A stretch of 64,000 nt of DNA from Neptuniibacter sp. (GTDB lineage Bacteria > Pseudomonadota > Gammaproteobacteria > Pseudomonadales > Balneatricaceae). The notes beneath the pieces were generated by a model. That model did no database searches and was not told the DNA's origin. It saw only the letters and a program-made list of their open reading frames with translations. The position numbers and the translations under genes were made by a program. Positions 39,731-49,774 of the stretch are shown piece after piece. The stretch is taken from the NCBI GenBank assembly GCA_050789425.1, contig JAILXS010000003.1, forward strand, positions 162,417-226,416, read 5' to 3'. Each line of letters begins with the position of its first letter. The first letter of the stretch is position 1.

Positions 39731-40363
39731 ATGTTCTCCAATAGCGGCAAGCCTTCAAATATTGTAAGCAGCTTAGTGCCAATGGTAGTTGAGCAAACTA
39801 CCCGGGGTGAAAGGGCCTACGATATTTTTTCGCGATTGTTAAAAGAACGAGTGATTTTTTTGGTGGGTCCAGTAGAGGATCACATGGCAAATCTGGTTGT
39901 AGCGCAGCTTCTGTTTCTTGAGGCTGAAAATCCGGATAAAGATATTCATCTATATATAAATTCCCCGGGAGGCTCAGTAACAGCTGGAATGTCTATTTAT
40001 GACACCATGCAGTTTATTAAGCCAGATGTGAGCACTATGTGTCTGGGTCAGGCAGCCAGTATGGGGGCATTTCTTCTCGCGGGTGGAGCCAAGGGGAAGC
40101 GTTTCTCTTTACCTAATTCCAGGGTGATGATTCATCAGCCTTTAGGTGGTTATCAAGGCCAGGCAACAGATATTGAAATACATACCAAAGAGATTCTAAG
40201 TATCAGGCATAAGCTTAACTCGTTGCTCGCGGAACACACTGGTCAATCATTGGAAACTATTCAGCAAGATACTGATAGAGATAATTTCATGATTCCTGAA
40301 GCGGCAAAAGATTATGGCTTGATTGATGATGTTATCAATGCCCGGTCGATTTCTGGTGAGTAA
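39731..40363 (+). CDS. clpP: ATP-dependent Clp protease proteolytic subunit ClpP
   Basis: 210 aa. The catalytic Ser (GQAASMG), His (MIHQP) and Asp (TDRD) contexts are intact. Confidence 0.9.
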   Translation: MFSNSGKPSNIVSSLVPMVVEQTTRGERAYDIFSRLLKERVIFLVGPVEDHMANLVVAQLLFLEAENPDKDIHLYINSPGGSVTAGMSIYDTMQFIKPDVSTMCLGQAASMGAFLLAGGAKGKRFSLPNSRVMIHQPLGGYQGQATDIEIHTKEILSIRHKLNSLLAEHTGQSLETIQQDTDRDNFMIPEAAKDYGLIDDVINARSISGE

Positions 40364-40368
40364 GTGTT

Positions 40369-40671
40369 ATGCCTGTACCTACAGATTTTGATTTTTTTTA
40401 TCTCAGTTACAGCGGTATTTCCTTACCGCTGAAACTAGTCAGTCCTATAGATGCCGCTAGCACGCAGAACCGGAATACTTTTTTTGCAGAAAAGCAGAAC
40501 GCGGACGGGCTATCCATTGAAATTGCTAAATTTACCTACGGTGAGATGGATCTCTTACATAAATACATTTATGACGAGTCCGGGATGATTGTGAAGGCTG
40601 AAATCACTGACGGTGAAGGTGAAATCCAACACTTCTCGTTTGACTCGCAAGGCAGACCATATCCAGTTTAA
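40369..40671 (+). CDS. Hypothetical protein, 100 aa
   Basis: An ORF 5 nt after the clpP stop. No family recognised. Confidence 0.55.
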   Translation: MPVPTDFDFFYLSYSGISLPLKLVSPIDAASTQNRNTFFAEKQNADGLSIEIAKFTYGEMDLLHKYIYDESGMIVKAEITDGEGEIQHFSFDSQGRPYPV

Positions 40672-40689
40672 ACAACCAGGAGAAGGAAG

Positions 40690-40956
40690 ATGTTAGAAGC
40701 GGATTTTTTTGAAGTATCGGATGAGTTTGTGAATTTGGCTAACGAACTTACTCAAGAGTGGGCGCAGCCTATGGTTAGTGCAGCGGTTATGCATGCTGCA
40801 TCACGTTTTAATGCTTACCACTTAATGACAGAAGGTGCGCCTGACGATATGAATGTTGCGGTGGATTTTCTTACAAATCAGTATCGTCAGATGCTGATCG
40901 AGAATTTACGCGAACTCAAAAGTGATCAGAGTAGCGAGTTAAAAGGTGATATTTGA
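40690..40956 (+). CDS. DUF3144-like small helical protein, 88 aa (paralog of 23068..23397)
   Basis: The shared core is VNLANEL......AAVMHAASRFNAYH...A.DFL.NQYRQML, compared with IEIANEM...AFIYAAARYNAYI...AIDYFSNRFRQLY. Confidence 0.55.
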   Translation: MLEADFFEVSDEFVNLANELTQEWAQPMVSAAVMHAASRFNAYHLMTEGAPDDMNVAVDFLTNQYRQMLIENLRELKSDQSSELKGDI

Positions 40957-41382
40957 GTGGGAATTAATTTCTTGCTCTTTTTCCGCAGCCTCTCCACAGG
41001 CGTGTATATCTTGTGGTTTATCGTCTTCCTCTTTATAGCCGTTTTCTAGCAGGCCATGTAAAAAAGCAAGAGCTGCACGTTCTGGATGGAACTGTTTTGT
41101 AATGTAAACGTGGGTGTCACGTTCTAATAGGCGTTGAATAACCCCCTTCCCTGCGGACCTTGCCACTACTACATCTACAGAGTGTATAGGGTGGCGATTA
41201 CCTCCATCAGCGCGAACATGCCAAAGGTGCAGGCAGGCTTCTTCATCGAGTTGTATCTGCCAGCCGAACTGTACTAAACCATCGCTACCTGAAAAATAGA
41301 TGTCCCAGTCCAGCGCTCTTCCCGCATGCTCAGCAATTATTCCATTTTCAACAGGTACTGCAATTAATAATGGCTTCGCCAT
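40939..41382 (-). CDS. NifX/NifB-type FeMo-cofactor-binding-like domain protein, 147 aa, divergent
   Basis: LLIAVPVENGIIAEHAGRA...VVVARSAGKGVIQRL resembles the Nitro_FeMo-Co fold. It is the last gene after clpX. Confidence 0.55.
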   Translation of the reverse strand: MAKPLLIAVPVENGIIAEHAGRALDWDIYFSGSDGLVQFGWQIQLDEEACLHLWHVRADGGNRHPIHSVDVVVARSAGKGVIQRLLERDTHVYITKQFHPERAALAFLHGLLENGYKEEDDKPQDIHACGEAAEKEQEINSHSNITF

Positions 41383-41430
41383 AATATCCTCCTGCTAAGG
41401 CCCCTCACAGAGTGAGGAAGCCCAGGTAAT

Positions 41431-42723
41431 CTATACCGATGCGACAGTAGAGGTCGTTTCCTGTTCGGTAGGGTCAAGTAAGATCTCTTTTACGATAAGT
41501 TCATTTGCTTCATCAACTTCATCGCGGTCTACAATAACTTGCTTAATTGCAGGGTTTGACGGCATTTCGAACATACATTTGCGCAATATAGATTCCACGA
41601 TAGAGCGAAGGCCACGCGCTCCTATGCCACGGTTACAGGCCATTTCCGCAATACGCATTAACGCATTGTCAGTAAACTCGAGGTCGACCCCCTGGTATGA
41701 GAACAGTTGACGATACTGTTTCTGTAGTGAGTTTTTAGGCTCAGTTAGAACCCTGACCAGGGCCTCGGCATCCAGTTCATGAAGGAAGGTTACAACTGGA
41801 AATCGCCCTATAAATTCTGGGATTAGTCCAAATTTCTGCAGATCTTCCGGCTTGAGCTCTGCCAAAAGTTCATCATGTGTATGTTCTTCTTCCGGGGCCA
41901 CAAAATCGGCCTGGAAACCAATACCGGTGCCGTCTGGTTTAAGACGTCCGCGAACATGATCTTCAAGACCGGGAAAAGCGCCACCTACGATAAAGAGAAT
42001 ATTGGTAGTATCAATCATCTCATCACCGCTCTCTGAGCGCCGGCCACTCTTTGGTAGTTTAACTTCATGACCCTCGACCATTTTCAGAAGTGCCTGTTGT
42101 ACTCCCTCGCCTGAAACGTCTCGGGTTGATGTAGCTCCCCCGCTCTTGTCAGCGAGTTTGTCAATCTCATCAATGTACACAATGCCCCATTGTGCTCTCT
42201 GAATATCGCCGTCGGCAGCATCAACAAGTCTGCGTAAAATTACGTCTACATCTTCACCAACATAGCCTGCTTGTGTAAGAGACGTTGCATCAGCCACTAC
42301 AAATGGAACCCCGATAACCCGAGCCAGGCTTTTAACCAATAGAGTTTTGCCGGTGCCTGATGGGCCTACCATAAGGACATTGGATTTTTCCAGCTCAACA
42401 CCGCCATCTATGTCGGTAATTGATTCGCTTTTATTCAGGTTCAACAGGCGTTGATAATGGTTGTAGATGGCAACAGAAAGAATCTCTTTAGCTCCACCCT
42501 GATCGATCACATATTGATCAAGATGATCCTTTATCTCTTTTGGTTTCATCAGAGATTCAGCAAGATCGTTCTGCTTGGCTTTTTGCCCCCAGCTGCTGGA
42601 AACTTTGTGTGCTAAATCTACACATGCAGAGCAAATATAGCCTTCATTCCCAGAGATAAGGGGGACTTCTGCTGACTGTGGTACGCCACAGAAGGAACAT
42701 TTAATTTTGTCTTTATCACTCAT
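41431..42723 (-). CDS. clpX: ClpX ATPase (nif-linked copy)
   Basis: The ATG at 42723 overlaps the nifM TGA. It has the zinc-binding CSFCG...CSAC domain, Walker A GPSGTGKT and IYIDEIDK. Confidence 0.9.
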   Translation of the reverse strand: MSDKDKIKCSFCGVPQSAEVPLISGNEGYICSACVDLAHKVSSSWGQKAKQNDLAESLMKPKEIKDHLDQYVIDQGGAKEILSVAIYNHYQRLLNLNKSESITDIDGGVELEKSNVLMVGPSGTGKTLLVKSLARVIGVPFVVADATSLTQAGYVGEDVDVILRRLVDAADGDIQRAQWGIVYIDEIDKLADKSGGATSTRDVSGEGVQQALLKMVEGHEVKLPKSGRRSESGDEMIDTTNILFIVGGAFPGLEDHVRGRLKPDGTGIGFQADFVAPEEEHTHDELLAELKPEDLQKFGLIPEFIGRFPVVTFLHELDAEALVRVLTEPKNSLQKQYRQLFSYQGVDLEFTDNALMRIAEMACNRGIGARGLRSIVESILRKCMFEMPSNPAIKQVIVDRDEVDEANELIVKEILLDPTEQETTSTVASV

Positions 42724-43595
42724 GAATTCACCAATTGAGGCATGCCGGCCTGAAGATTTAACTGTTCGTTGATCCATTTGCGCTGATGTATGGAACGTTG
42801 GCGATCAGTTAGTGAGGCTTTTAACTTAGGCAGGACTTCTGTAAGCGGAACGGTACGCGGCTCTTCAATTTCATCACAGTAAATAAGGTGATAACCCATA
42901 GGCGATAAAATAGGTTTGCTTATCTCTCCTAGCTCCATATCAAAGAGAACTGAATCGATTTCAGGGTAGAGCTGCCCTTGTTCCACATGACCAATTTTAC
43001 CCCCGTGTAACGCTGTGGGGCACTCAGAATGTTTTTGGGCTTGTTCGTGAAAGCGTGATTTCTTTTTACAAATCCGTTCACGAATTTCATTGATGCGCGC
43101 TATAACGCTTTGATGCTGATTTTCTTCAAAGTCTTCATTAATGGTAATCAGAATATGATGCGCTGTTCTTCTTTCTTTAACCTGAAAGCGTTCCGGATGC
43201 ATGTAGTAGAACAGCTCTACTTCTGCATTAGTAACCTCTTCACATTCAGCAGATACTCGATCCAGAACCGCTTCAACTTGAAGATCATGGCGAACGCCTT
43301 CTTTTAGAAGGTTCAGGTTGAGATCGGCTGCTTCCAGAGCTTGCTCAAAGGAAATATAGCTGTCATATCTTGATGTGATTTCATCAATAGATTGATTGAC
43401 CATTCTTTCAGAAATAACTACGCCTTGATTCTGATCGGAATTAAGTACCGCATATTCAATTCCAAGCTGATTTGATATGCGGTTTGCTACTTCCTTTTTC
43501 TGTAGATCAGTAAGGCTTTCAGGCGCACATTCATACTGACTCCAGGACAATTTGAATAGCGCATAGATAGAAAGTGGGTTATTACTGGATTGCAT
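42720..43595 (-). CDS. nifM: NifM (parvulin-type PPIase for NifH maturation)
   Basis: About 291 aa with a C-terminal parvulin domain ([13 protein letters not shown]....GQLYPEID...F....[13 protein letters not shown]). Confidence 0.85.
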   Translation of the reverse strand: MQSSNNPLSIYALFKLSWSQYECAPESLTDLQKKEVANRISNQLGIEYAVLNSDQNQGVVISERMVNQSIDEITSRYDSYISFEQALEAADLNLNLLKEGVRHDLQVEAVLDRVSAECEEVTNAEVELFYYMHPERFQVKERRTAHHILITINEDFEENQHQSVIARINEIRERICKKKSRFHEQAQKHSECPTALHGGKIGHVEQGQLYPEIDSVLFDMELGEISKPILSPMGYHLIYCDEIEEPRTVPLTEVLPKLKASLTDRQRSIHQRKWINEQLNLQAGMPQLVNS

Positions 43596-43596
43596 A

Positions 43597-44058
43597 TTAA
43601 CCTCCCGCCTCGACAGCCTGGGCTGGAACAGGTTCAAGTGCCCTTTCAGGTATAGAGATGCTGTGGCCGTTTATGTGAAGGTTGTAGTGAATGTTAGATT
43701 GGTCCTCGCGCAGTACGCCTTCAATCTCACCTTCATCGCCTTTACTGGCAATATGTTGATCTTCCATTTTCAGATCGCAGGTCACTAGCACTCTGTCACG
43801 ATACTCAAATCGGTTTTGTATCCACTCTTCAGCAGCAGAGATGAGTTCTTCCTCACGGCATCCGACTGTACGGCCAGCATCCAAAAAATGAACACGGTAA
43901 ATCAGTTGATCCTGAAGATAAGTCCCGACATCGTAGACGCAACCAGTTTCTCCGCGCCTGATCAGTAACTCACCGACTTCACTGCCTGGGTAAGTACCGT
44001 CATTTCTCACATTTCGGATCAGTCGTACTTCGCTGCCGTATTCATATTTAGGTTTCAT
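43597..44058 (-). CDS. nifZ: NifZ
   Basis: MKPKYEYGSEVRLIRNVRNDGTYPG... is the characteristic NifZ N-terminus. Confidence 0.9.
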   Translation of the reverse strand: MKPKYEYGSEVRLIRNVRNDGTYPGSEVGELLIRRGETGCVYDVGTYLQDQLIYRVHFLDAGRTVGCREEELISAAEEWIQNRFEYRDRVLVTCDLKMEDQHIASKGDEGEIEGVLREDQSNIHYNLHINGHSISIPERALEPVPAQAVEAGG

Positions 44059-44064
44059 GGCATA

Positions 44065-44391
44065 TCACTCCAGAATCTGATCAAGAGGGACAAATGTCGA
44101 CTGCGGGCCTTTCATGTGAAATACGCGAAATACTTTTTCTGTCAGGGCATCTGATTCAACGAAATCCTGATAGGCTTGTTGTAATAAGCTCTTATAAACA
44201 GCTTTTACTTCTTCCTCAGACATAGAATCATCGGGTTCCCCGGCTTTGTTTAAATAATCATGGTAGCGCTGCATGATATGCAGTCGGTTTACCTGCACTA
44301 TGCTACGATCAAAATCAATGCCAAAAAAATCCAGAAATTCTTCAGCCGAACTCAGTTCTTCAAGGTCTTCTATAAATTCAAAATCACTCAT
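44065..44391 (-). CDS. nifW: NifW
   Basis: 108 aa with EELSSAEEFLDFFGIDFD...VNRLHIMQR, typical of NifW. Confidence 0.9.
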   Translation of the reverse strand: MSDFEFIEDLEELSSAEEFLDFFGIDFDRSIVQVNRLHIMQRYHDYLNKAGEPDDSMSEEEVKAVYKSLLQQAYQDFVESDALTEKVFRVFHMKGPQSTFVPLDQILE

Positions 44392-44399
44392 GTATCACC

Positions 44400-44930
44400 T
44401 CACGCGCTCATACGATGTTTAAGGCTGTATATTCCTTTCTGGTTGTACGCTACTTCCAGAAGATGCCCTGCTCCAAGGCGGTCAGAACTGTCCAGTTCAA
44501 CCACTTTTTCCAGCCGTTCTATGCCCTCGTCTATCTGACCTAGCCTTAAACACAGATATCCGCTGCCTTTAAGTGCCAGAAGGTAAAAGCGAACCATGCC
44601 GAAGGATTCCAAAAGTCCATATGACATTGCTTCAAGGTTCATTTGTCGCCAGTTGCGATCAAAATTGAATAATTTTCCTGATGTTCTCAGTGATTGCTCT
44701 GCAATATTCAATGCATCTTCGTATCGGTGCTGGTAGTAATAAAAACGATACAATCCAACCAGAACCATCAAGTTATTAGGAGCCAGTTGCTGTGCCTTCA
44801 ATAAAAAAGGCTCGGACTCTCCGTCTTCATAGGCTTCAGCCGCTTTCTCCAGAAGACTGATTACCTCAACTTCAACAGGTTTGTCGAAATAAAGGTCATC
44901 CACTTCGAAGCTATGTAAATCCATAATCAT
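44400..44930 (-). CDS. TPR-like helical repeat protein, 176 aa
   Basis: Repeated helix-pair pattern ([29 protein letters not shown]). It has an ATGA overlap with cysE. Confidence 0.5.
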   Translation of the reverse strand: MIMDLHSFEVDDLYFDKPVEVEVISLLEKAAEAYEDGESEPFLLKAQQLAPNNLMVLVGLYRFYYYQHRYEDALNIAEQSLRTSGKLFNFDRNWRQMNLEAMSYGLLESFGMVRFYLLALKGSGYLCLRLGQIDEGIERLEKVVELDSSDRLGAGHLLEVAYNQKGIYSLKHRMSA

Positions 44931-45718
44931 TCCCCCCGGGCATAATGTTTGCCATCAGGACAATCGTTGTCGCAGATCTCACTGTAAGACTCGCATTGGC
45001 CGTACAATTTGAGCTGATAGCCTGATTCCAACGCACCGTGCTCTTCAAGTCGGGCTTCCAGCTTGTCTATTCTTTCTAAAAGACAAGCGATTGCGCGACC
45101 TACTGGGTCAGGAATCATGTGATGGTTGAGGTTAATACCATGTGTGCCGGCATTAACTTTCTGATCGGTGACAATGCGTCCAGGTATGCCAACAACAGTG
45201 CCACCTTCTGGAACATTGCTTACGACTACAGAATTGGCGCCTACTCGTGCATCGGCCTCTACCGTTATTGGTCCAAGAACCTTAGCGCCGGCTCCAATTA
45301 GAACTCGGTTGCCAAGTGTTGGGTGGCGTTTTCCTTTGTTCCAGCTGGTTCCGCCAAGAGTTACACCGTGATAAAGAGTAACGTCATCACCCAATACAGC
45401 GGTTTCACCAATGACAACACCCGCACCGTGATCTATAAATAGGCGCTGACCTATTTGAGCACCTGGGTGTATGTCAACATTGGTGAATAAGCGTACTAAA
45501 AAGGCGAGAAATCTAGCGCTAAATAGCCAGCCACCAGACCAGAGTCTGTGAGCAACTCTATGCATTAATAATGCATGCACACCTGGGTAAGTGAGTAAAA
45601 TCTCGAAAACGCTACGTGCAGCCGGGTCGCGATCAAAAACACACTTAATGTCTTCTTTCCAGGTAGCGAAAAGCCCTTTTTCGTTGCTGATGGCTTCCGC
45701 TGTGGCTGAGGTGCTCAT
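44927..45718 (-). CDS. cysE: Serine O-acetyltransferase (nif-linked CysE/NifP) with a Cys-rich C-terminal tail
   Basis: Hexapeptide repeats ([35 protein letters not shown]). The tail is [16 protein letters not shown]. Confidence 0.9.
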   Translation of the reverse strand: MSTSATAEAISNEKGLFATWKEDIKCVFDRDPAARSVFEILLTYPGVHALLMHRVAHRLWSGGWLFSARFLAFLVRLFTNVDIHPGAQIGQRLFIDHGAGVVIGETAVLGDDVTLYHGVTLGGTSWNKGKRHPTLGNRVLIGAGAKVLGPITVEADARVGANSVVVSNVPEGGTVVGIPGRIVTDQKVNAGTHGINLNHHMIPDPVGRAIACLLERIDKLEARLEEHGALESGYQLKLYGQCESYSEICDNDCPDGKHYARGE

Positions 45719-45766
45719 GTCACTCTCCTTGTTTAGCGCTGATCTTCGCTACGAACTTCGGTTTGC

Positions 45767-45788
45767 GTGCTGTTCTTGCAAACAGCAC
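45767..45788 (-). other. Stem-loop in the nifV-cysE spacer (GTGCTGTT-N6-AACAGCAC)
   Basis: An 8-bp perfect stem with no T-tract. Confidence 0.35.
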
Positions 45789-45874
45789 CTCTCTCTGTTT
45801 CAACCATGAAGCCTCGGAACAAAAGGTTCTGACGCATCATGTTTAGATGCTTGGCTTCTGTCATTGGGTGTGAC

Positions 45875-47041
45875 TTAGTACGCATAGTTGGATGTTTCAT
45901 AAGTTTTCCCCTCAGAGTGAATACACTCTTCGCTAAGTTTAATCAGCTCTATCTGAGACAGGCTGCGTTTGTTGCTTGTAACTATTTGTCTGATTCGGTT
46001 TAAGAGTGAGCTGGCTTGCTCCCGAGTGAGTGCAATACCTAGCTCTTTGTAGACGTGCTTAACGATACTTATGCCGGAGTGTTTGCCCAGCACCATAGTA
46101 TGTGTTCGGCCAACAGTAATTGGATCCAACCCCTGATAGTTACGCTGATCTTTCAGTAAGCCATCCGTATGGATTCCTGATTCATGTGTAAATACATGGC
46201 TGCCTACAACGCTCTTCTGGCTTGAAACTGTTCGTCCTGATGCGTTTTCAACTAAAGCTGAAAGTGGTTGAAGGCTGTGGCTATCAACACCAGTGTCAAT
46301 CCCGTAAAGCTGAGAAAATCCAATAACAATTTCTTCCAGTGCTGCATTTCCTGCTCGTTCTCCAAGGCCATTAACGGTTGTGTTTACGTGAGTTGCTCCA
46401 GCTGACACTGCTGCAAATGTGTTCGCTGTTGCCAGGCCGAGATCGTCATGGGCATGCATCTCAATTTCGAGATCAGTCTCTGCTCTGAGTTGCTTTATTA
46501 CGCTATGAAGAGCAAAAGGTTCCATTAAGCCAAGGGTGTCTGCATAGCGCATCCGTTTTGCGCCTGATTGTTCAGCAACCTCGTACATGGCTCTAAGAAA
46601 ATCTATGTCCGCTCTTGATGAATCTTCACAGCCAACACTAATACTGAAACCCAGATCCAATCCTTTGCGGACAAAATAATCTATCTGCTTAAGAACCCAG
46701 TCTGGTGTTTTGTTCAGCTTGTGTTTTATCTGTTGGTAGGATGAGGCAATGGATAAATTTAGCACCTCTACACCGGTATTTTTTGCAGCTTTAAGGTCTT
46801 CATCGCACATCCGACACCAGACCATCAGTTGTGGACGCTCTGAAAGAGCAGATATGGTACGGATTACTTCGCATTCTGCCGGGCCCATTACTGGGATGCC
46901 TACTTCAAGTTCCGGTACACCTGCTTCGAATAACGCAGAAGCTATCTGGATTTTTTCGTCAGCATTAAAAGCTACGCCAGCGGTTTGTTCTCCGTCGCGA
47001 AGTGTTGTGTCGTTGATGACTACAGATTGAGTTGCTGGCAT
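45875..47041 (-). CDS. nifV: Homocitrate synthase NifV
   Basis: VINDTTLRDGEQ and HAHDDLGLATAN motifs. The start is 47041, or 47053 as in the ORF track. Confidence 0.93.
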   Translation of the reverse strand: MPATQSVVINDTTLRDGEQTAGVAFNADEKIQIASALFEAGVPELEVGIPVMGPAECEVIRTISALSERPQLMVWCRMCDEDLKAAKNTGVEVLNLSIASSYQQIKHKLNKTPDWVLKQIDYFVRKGLDLGFSISVGCEDSSRADIDFLRAMYEVAEQSGAKRMRYADTLGLMEPFALHSVIKQLRAETDLEIEMHAHDDLGLATANTFAAVSAGATHVNTTVNGLGERAGNAALEEIVIGFSQLYGIDTGVDSHSLQPLSALVENASGRTVSSQKSVVGSHVFTHESGIHTDGLLKDQRNYQGLDPITVGRTHTMVLGKHSGISIVKHVYKELGIALTREQASSLLNRIRQIVTSNKRSLSQIELIKLSEECIHSEGKTYETSNYAY

Positions 47042-47075
47042 GTTGTACCCCACCTAAAGTTTCTATTAGGTACAG

Positions 47076-47091
47076 TGCAAACAACATTCCA
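47076..47091 (-). promoter_or_regulatory. Sigma54 promoter of the nifV operon (TGGAAT-GTTGT-TTGCA)
   Basis: Correct spacing with TTGCA at -12. Confidence 0.75.
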
Positions 47092-47162
47092 ATAAATAAT
47101 TACTTTTAAATCAAGTAGTTGCTAATGTTCTACATGATTGAATCACAACAAAAATCAGGTTT

Positions 47163-47178
47163 TGTAAGGAATACGACA
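47163..47178. promoter_or_regulatory. NifA-type UAS (TGTAAGGAATACGACA)
   Basis: Exact TGT-N10-ACA about 72-87 bp upstream of the promoter. Confidence 0.65.
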
Positions 47179-47249
47179 CGGTTTTAATGTCTTGATTGAT
47201 CAACAGGAAATAATAGCTGCAGGGAGCTCTGCCCTACAGCAAAGTACTG

Positions 47250-48569
47250 TCAGATTAAACGCTGAAGAAACTCAGCCAGATGCATAGTATTACGATTAGA
47301 ATACTGTTTGATTTGAGATTTGCAGGAGAAGCCATTTGCTATAATTACAGCGTTTTCATTGTTTTCCAGCACTTCTTTTAGTGTCAGATTAAACATCTTT
47401 TCAGAATCAGGTTGGTGTTCAACTTCATATGCAAAGCTGCCTCCACCCCCGCAACAGCTTGAATCTATAAATTCAAAATTCAAGTCGGGAATGAGTTTTA
47501 AAATCTTCCGGACTGATTTCATCGCGCCTACGGCTTTCTGGTGGCAGTGTCCATGGATCAGCAGGTGATCCTGAGTTGGTGTAAACCTAAGATTAAAACG
47601 GCCTGTACTTATCTCGCGGGCAAGGAATTCCTCAAAAAGAAAGGTGTTGTCACTCAATTTTTGTGACTCTTTCCCTAAACCTAGCAATTTATACTCATCT
47701 CTAATCATAAGTGTGGATGATGGTTCCAGCCCTAGAACAGGAATAGATTGCTCAACATAGGGTTGTAATTGCGAAAGTAGTTGAGAGGCTTTATCTTTGC
47801 TTGCCTCAATTAAACCTGCAGAGAACCATGTCCGCCCCTCAATTATTGCAGTTTTCTGGCCAATCAGTCGCACGTCATAACCAGCCTTATCGAGTATGTC
47901 GTAAGCTGCTGCTATAACTTGAGGTGAAAAGCCCTTGGTGAAGCTATCTGCTAATAAGACAATTGTTTTGTCGGTTATTTCTGGGGCTGTTAGTAGTAAA
48001 TCTTTTGTAATTTGGCTAGCGCTTGGTAAAGGTAATTGCACTTTTGTGCTGATACCCAGGCCTTTCTCTATAATTCTGGATATAAAGCCGGATTTGTTTC
48101 GGGTCTTAAATAAAAACCTTAGCAACTTAGGGTATTCAAGTAATTTGGGAAGGTTAGCGAAAAGAATATCTCTAGTAAGAAATGGACGATCTGAAAGGCT
48201 TTTAGCCAGATATTCTGCTCGTATTGCGGAAATATCAAGCCCGGTTTCACACTCCCTCTTACAGCCTTTGCAGCCGATGCAGGCAGACATGGACTCATCT
48301 AATAAACGTTTTTCTTCTTCTGTGATTTCGCCGTTGAGTGAACGTTTGAGAAGTCGGCTTCTGCCGCCTGGTGAGAAAGCTGCATCTTGGCGGACTCTGA
48401 AACTTGGGCACATTACGCTTTTATTTACAGGCCTTAAGCAAACCATGCTATTTATACAGACGGCTACGGCTTTAGCAAAGTTTCCGCCTGTTTTGGGTAT
48501 GTCCGCGTAAGCATCACCCTGACCTTCGTTTTCATAGTCTGACCAGTCTAACTTAGGTTCCATCATCAA
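47250..48569 (-). CDS. (Fe-S)-binding oxidoreductase with CCG domains (GlpC / heterodisulfide-reductase-like)
   Basis: 439 aa with two ferredoxin-like Cys motifs (CINSMVC..CPS, CIGCKGCKREC) and a C-terminal CCGGGGSF. Confidence 0.7.
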   Translation of the reverse strand: MMMEPKLDWSDYENEGQGDAYADIPKTGGNFAKAVAVCINSMVCLRPVNKSVMCPSFRVRQDAAFSPGGRSRLLKRSLNGEITEEEKRLLDESMSACIGCKGCKRECETGLDISAIRAEYLAKSLSDRPFLTRDILFANLPKLLEYPKLLRFLFKTRNKSGFISRIIEKGLGISTKVQLPLPSASQITKDLLLTAPEITDKTIVLLADSFTKGFSPQVIAAAYDILDKAGYDVRLIGQKTAIIEGRTWFSAGLIEASKDKASQLLSQLQPYVEQSIPVLGLEPSSTLMIRDEYKLLGLGKESQKLSDNTFLFEEFLAREISTGRFNLRFTPTQDHLLIHGHCHQKAVGAMKSVRKILKLIPDLNFEFIDSSCCGGGGSFAYEVEHQPDSEKMFNLTLKEVLENNENAVIIANGFSCKSQIKQYSNRNTMHLAEFLQRLI

Positions 48570-48644
48570 CTACCTTTTATAGAATTACAGGTTCACTGCA
48601 GATTGCTCCTTGAGCGTATCCGGAAAATCCAGCATGGAGTTAAT

Positions 48645-48660
48645 AGCAAAACCTAAGCCA
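48645..48660 (-). promoter_or_regulatory. Candidate sigma54 promoter (TGGCTT-AGGTT-TTGCT)
   Basis: Correct GG-N10-GC spacing, ending 76 nt upstream of the ATG at 48569. Confidence 0.5.
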
Positions 48661-48773
48661 GTCAGCTTGTAGCCAGTAACGTATTGATTGCTATTGATAT
48701 TTCTTAAGCGCATTAAATCATGTCTTAAAAATACAGGTTATTGTAAGTATGAGAATGTGGCAGAAAATGTTTT

Positions 48774-48789
48774 TGTAGCATTTGCTACA
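48774..48789. promoter_or_regulatory. NifA-type UAS within a larger palindrome (TTTGTAGCA-tt-TGCTACAAA)
   Basis: Exact TGT-N10-ACA about 115-130 bp upstream of the candidate promoter. Confidence 0.55.
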
Positions 48790-48810
48790 AAGCGACTAAT
48801 GAAGAGTATT

Positions 48811-49707
48811 TCAGGCTTTATTTTGGTAAAGATTGATAGCTAAAGAGAGGATTCTTTCGTTTTCATATAGTTTTTTATACCAGTCACCACGAATACCAGA
48901 AAGTCCATAGTATGCTCCAGCAATCTGGCCGCAGACAGCAGCTGTTGTATCTGCATCGTCACCTAGATTTGCTGCTAATAGAACAGCGTCGTTGAAGTTG
49001 TCTGTTTTGTAAAAACACCATAAGGCTGCTTCTAAGCATTCTATGACATAGCCACTGCCTTTGATCTGGTCTTTAGTTTTTTTGAGGAAATCCAGATTGG
49101 CAATACGAGCAACTTTTTTGCTTTTTGGGGTGTAATCCAGACGCATTAGTTCTGATCTGTGTGTGCCAGATAAAATCTGTTTTATTAGTGATCCGAGATA
49201 ACAGCATGCATCCAGACATTCAGGTGCGGAATGAGTTGTTCGTGATGAGTCCATAATGTAGTGATAATAATCGGGGGCCGTATAGTAAAATAATATGACC
49301 GGGGCTAGGCGCATTAAGGAGCCGTTTCCTGCTGACATAGGGTCGGTATCACCGCAGAATGGCTTTTTGCTTGATTGGTATGCATGTAATGCATTGGCTA
49401 CGGTGGTGCCAATGTCAAAACACTTTCCGGTGCTGCTGTTTTTGCCTTGCTTCCACCATTGGAGGTATCGATCCATTTGGTCTGCTGCATCAAATCCTTT
49501 GCGATCAATTAAGGATTCAGCAAGGCAGATGGCCATTGACGTGTCATCGGTCCACTGTCCTGGTTTAAGGAAAAACGGCCCACCACCCACCATGTCAGTA
49601 ATCGGCTCAAAACTGCCTCGATGTTTAAACTCAAGGGTGGTTCCAATAGCATCACCCACAGCCAATCCAATCAGGCATCCTTGAAATCTATCTTGTAATT
49701 CCATCAT
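48811..49707 (-). CDS. ADP-ribosylglycohydrolase family protein (candidate DraG-like)
   Basis: 298 aa with GLAVGDAIGTTLEF, QWTDDTSM and GDDADTTAAVCGQIAGAYYG, the ARH metal-binding motifs. It is divergent from draT. Confidence 0.8.
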   Translation of the reverse strand: MMELQDRFQGCLIGLAVGDAIGTTLEFKHRGSFEPITDMVGGGPFFLKPGQWTDDTSMAICLAESLIDRKGFDAADQMDRYLQWWKQGKNSSTGKCFDIGTTVANALHAYQSSKKPFCGDTDPMSAGNGSLMRLAPVILFYYTAPDYYHYIMDSSRTTHSAPECLDACCYLGSLIKQILSGTHRSELMRLDYTPKSKKVARIANLDFLKKTKDQIKGSGYVIECLEAALWCFYKTDNFNDAVLLAANLGDDADTTAAVCGQIAGAYYGLSGIRGDWYKKLYENERILSLAINLYQNKA

Positions 49708-49774
49708 TTTGCACCAGTAAAATTTGTTGGAAATTATTCAGTTTTTGACTTGAAGCAGCCTGCATTGGTTGCAA

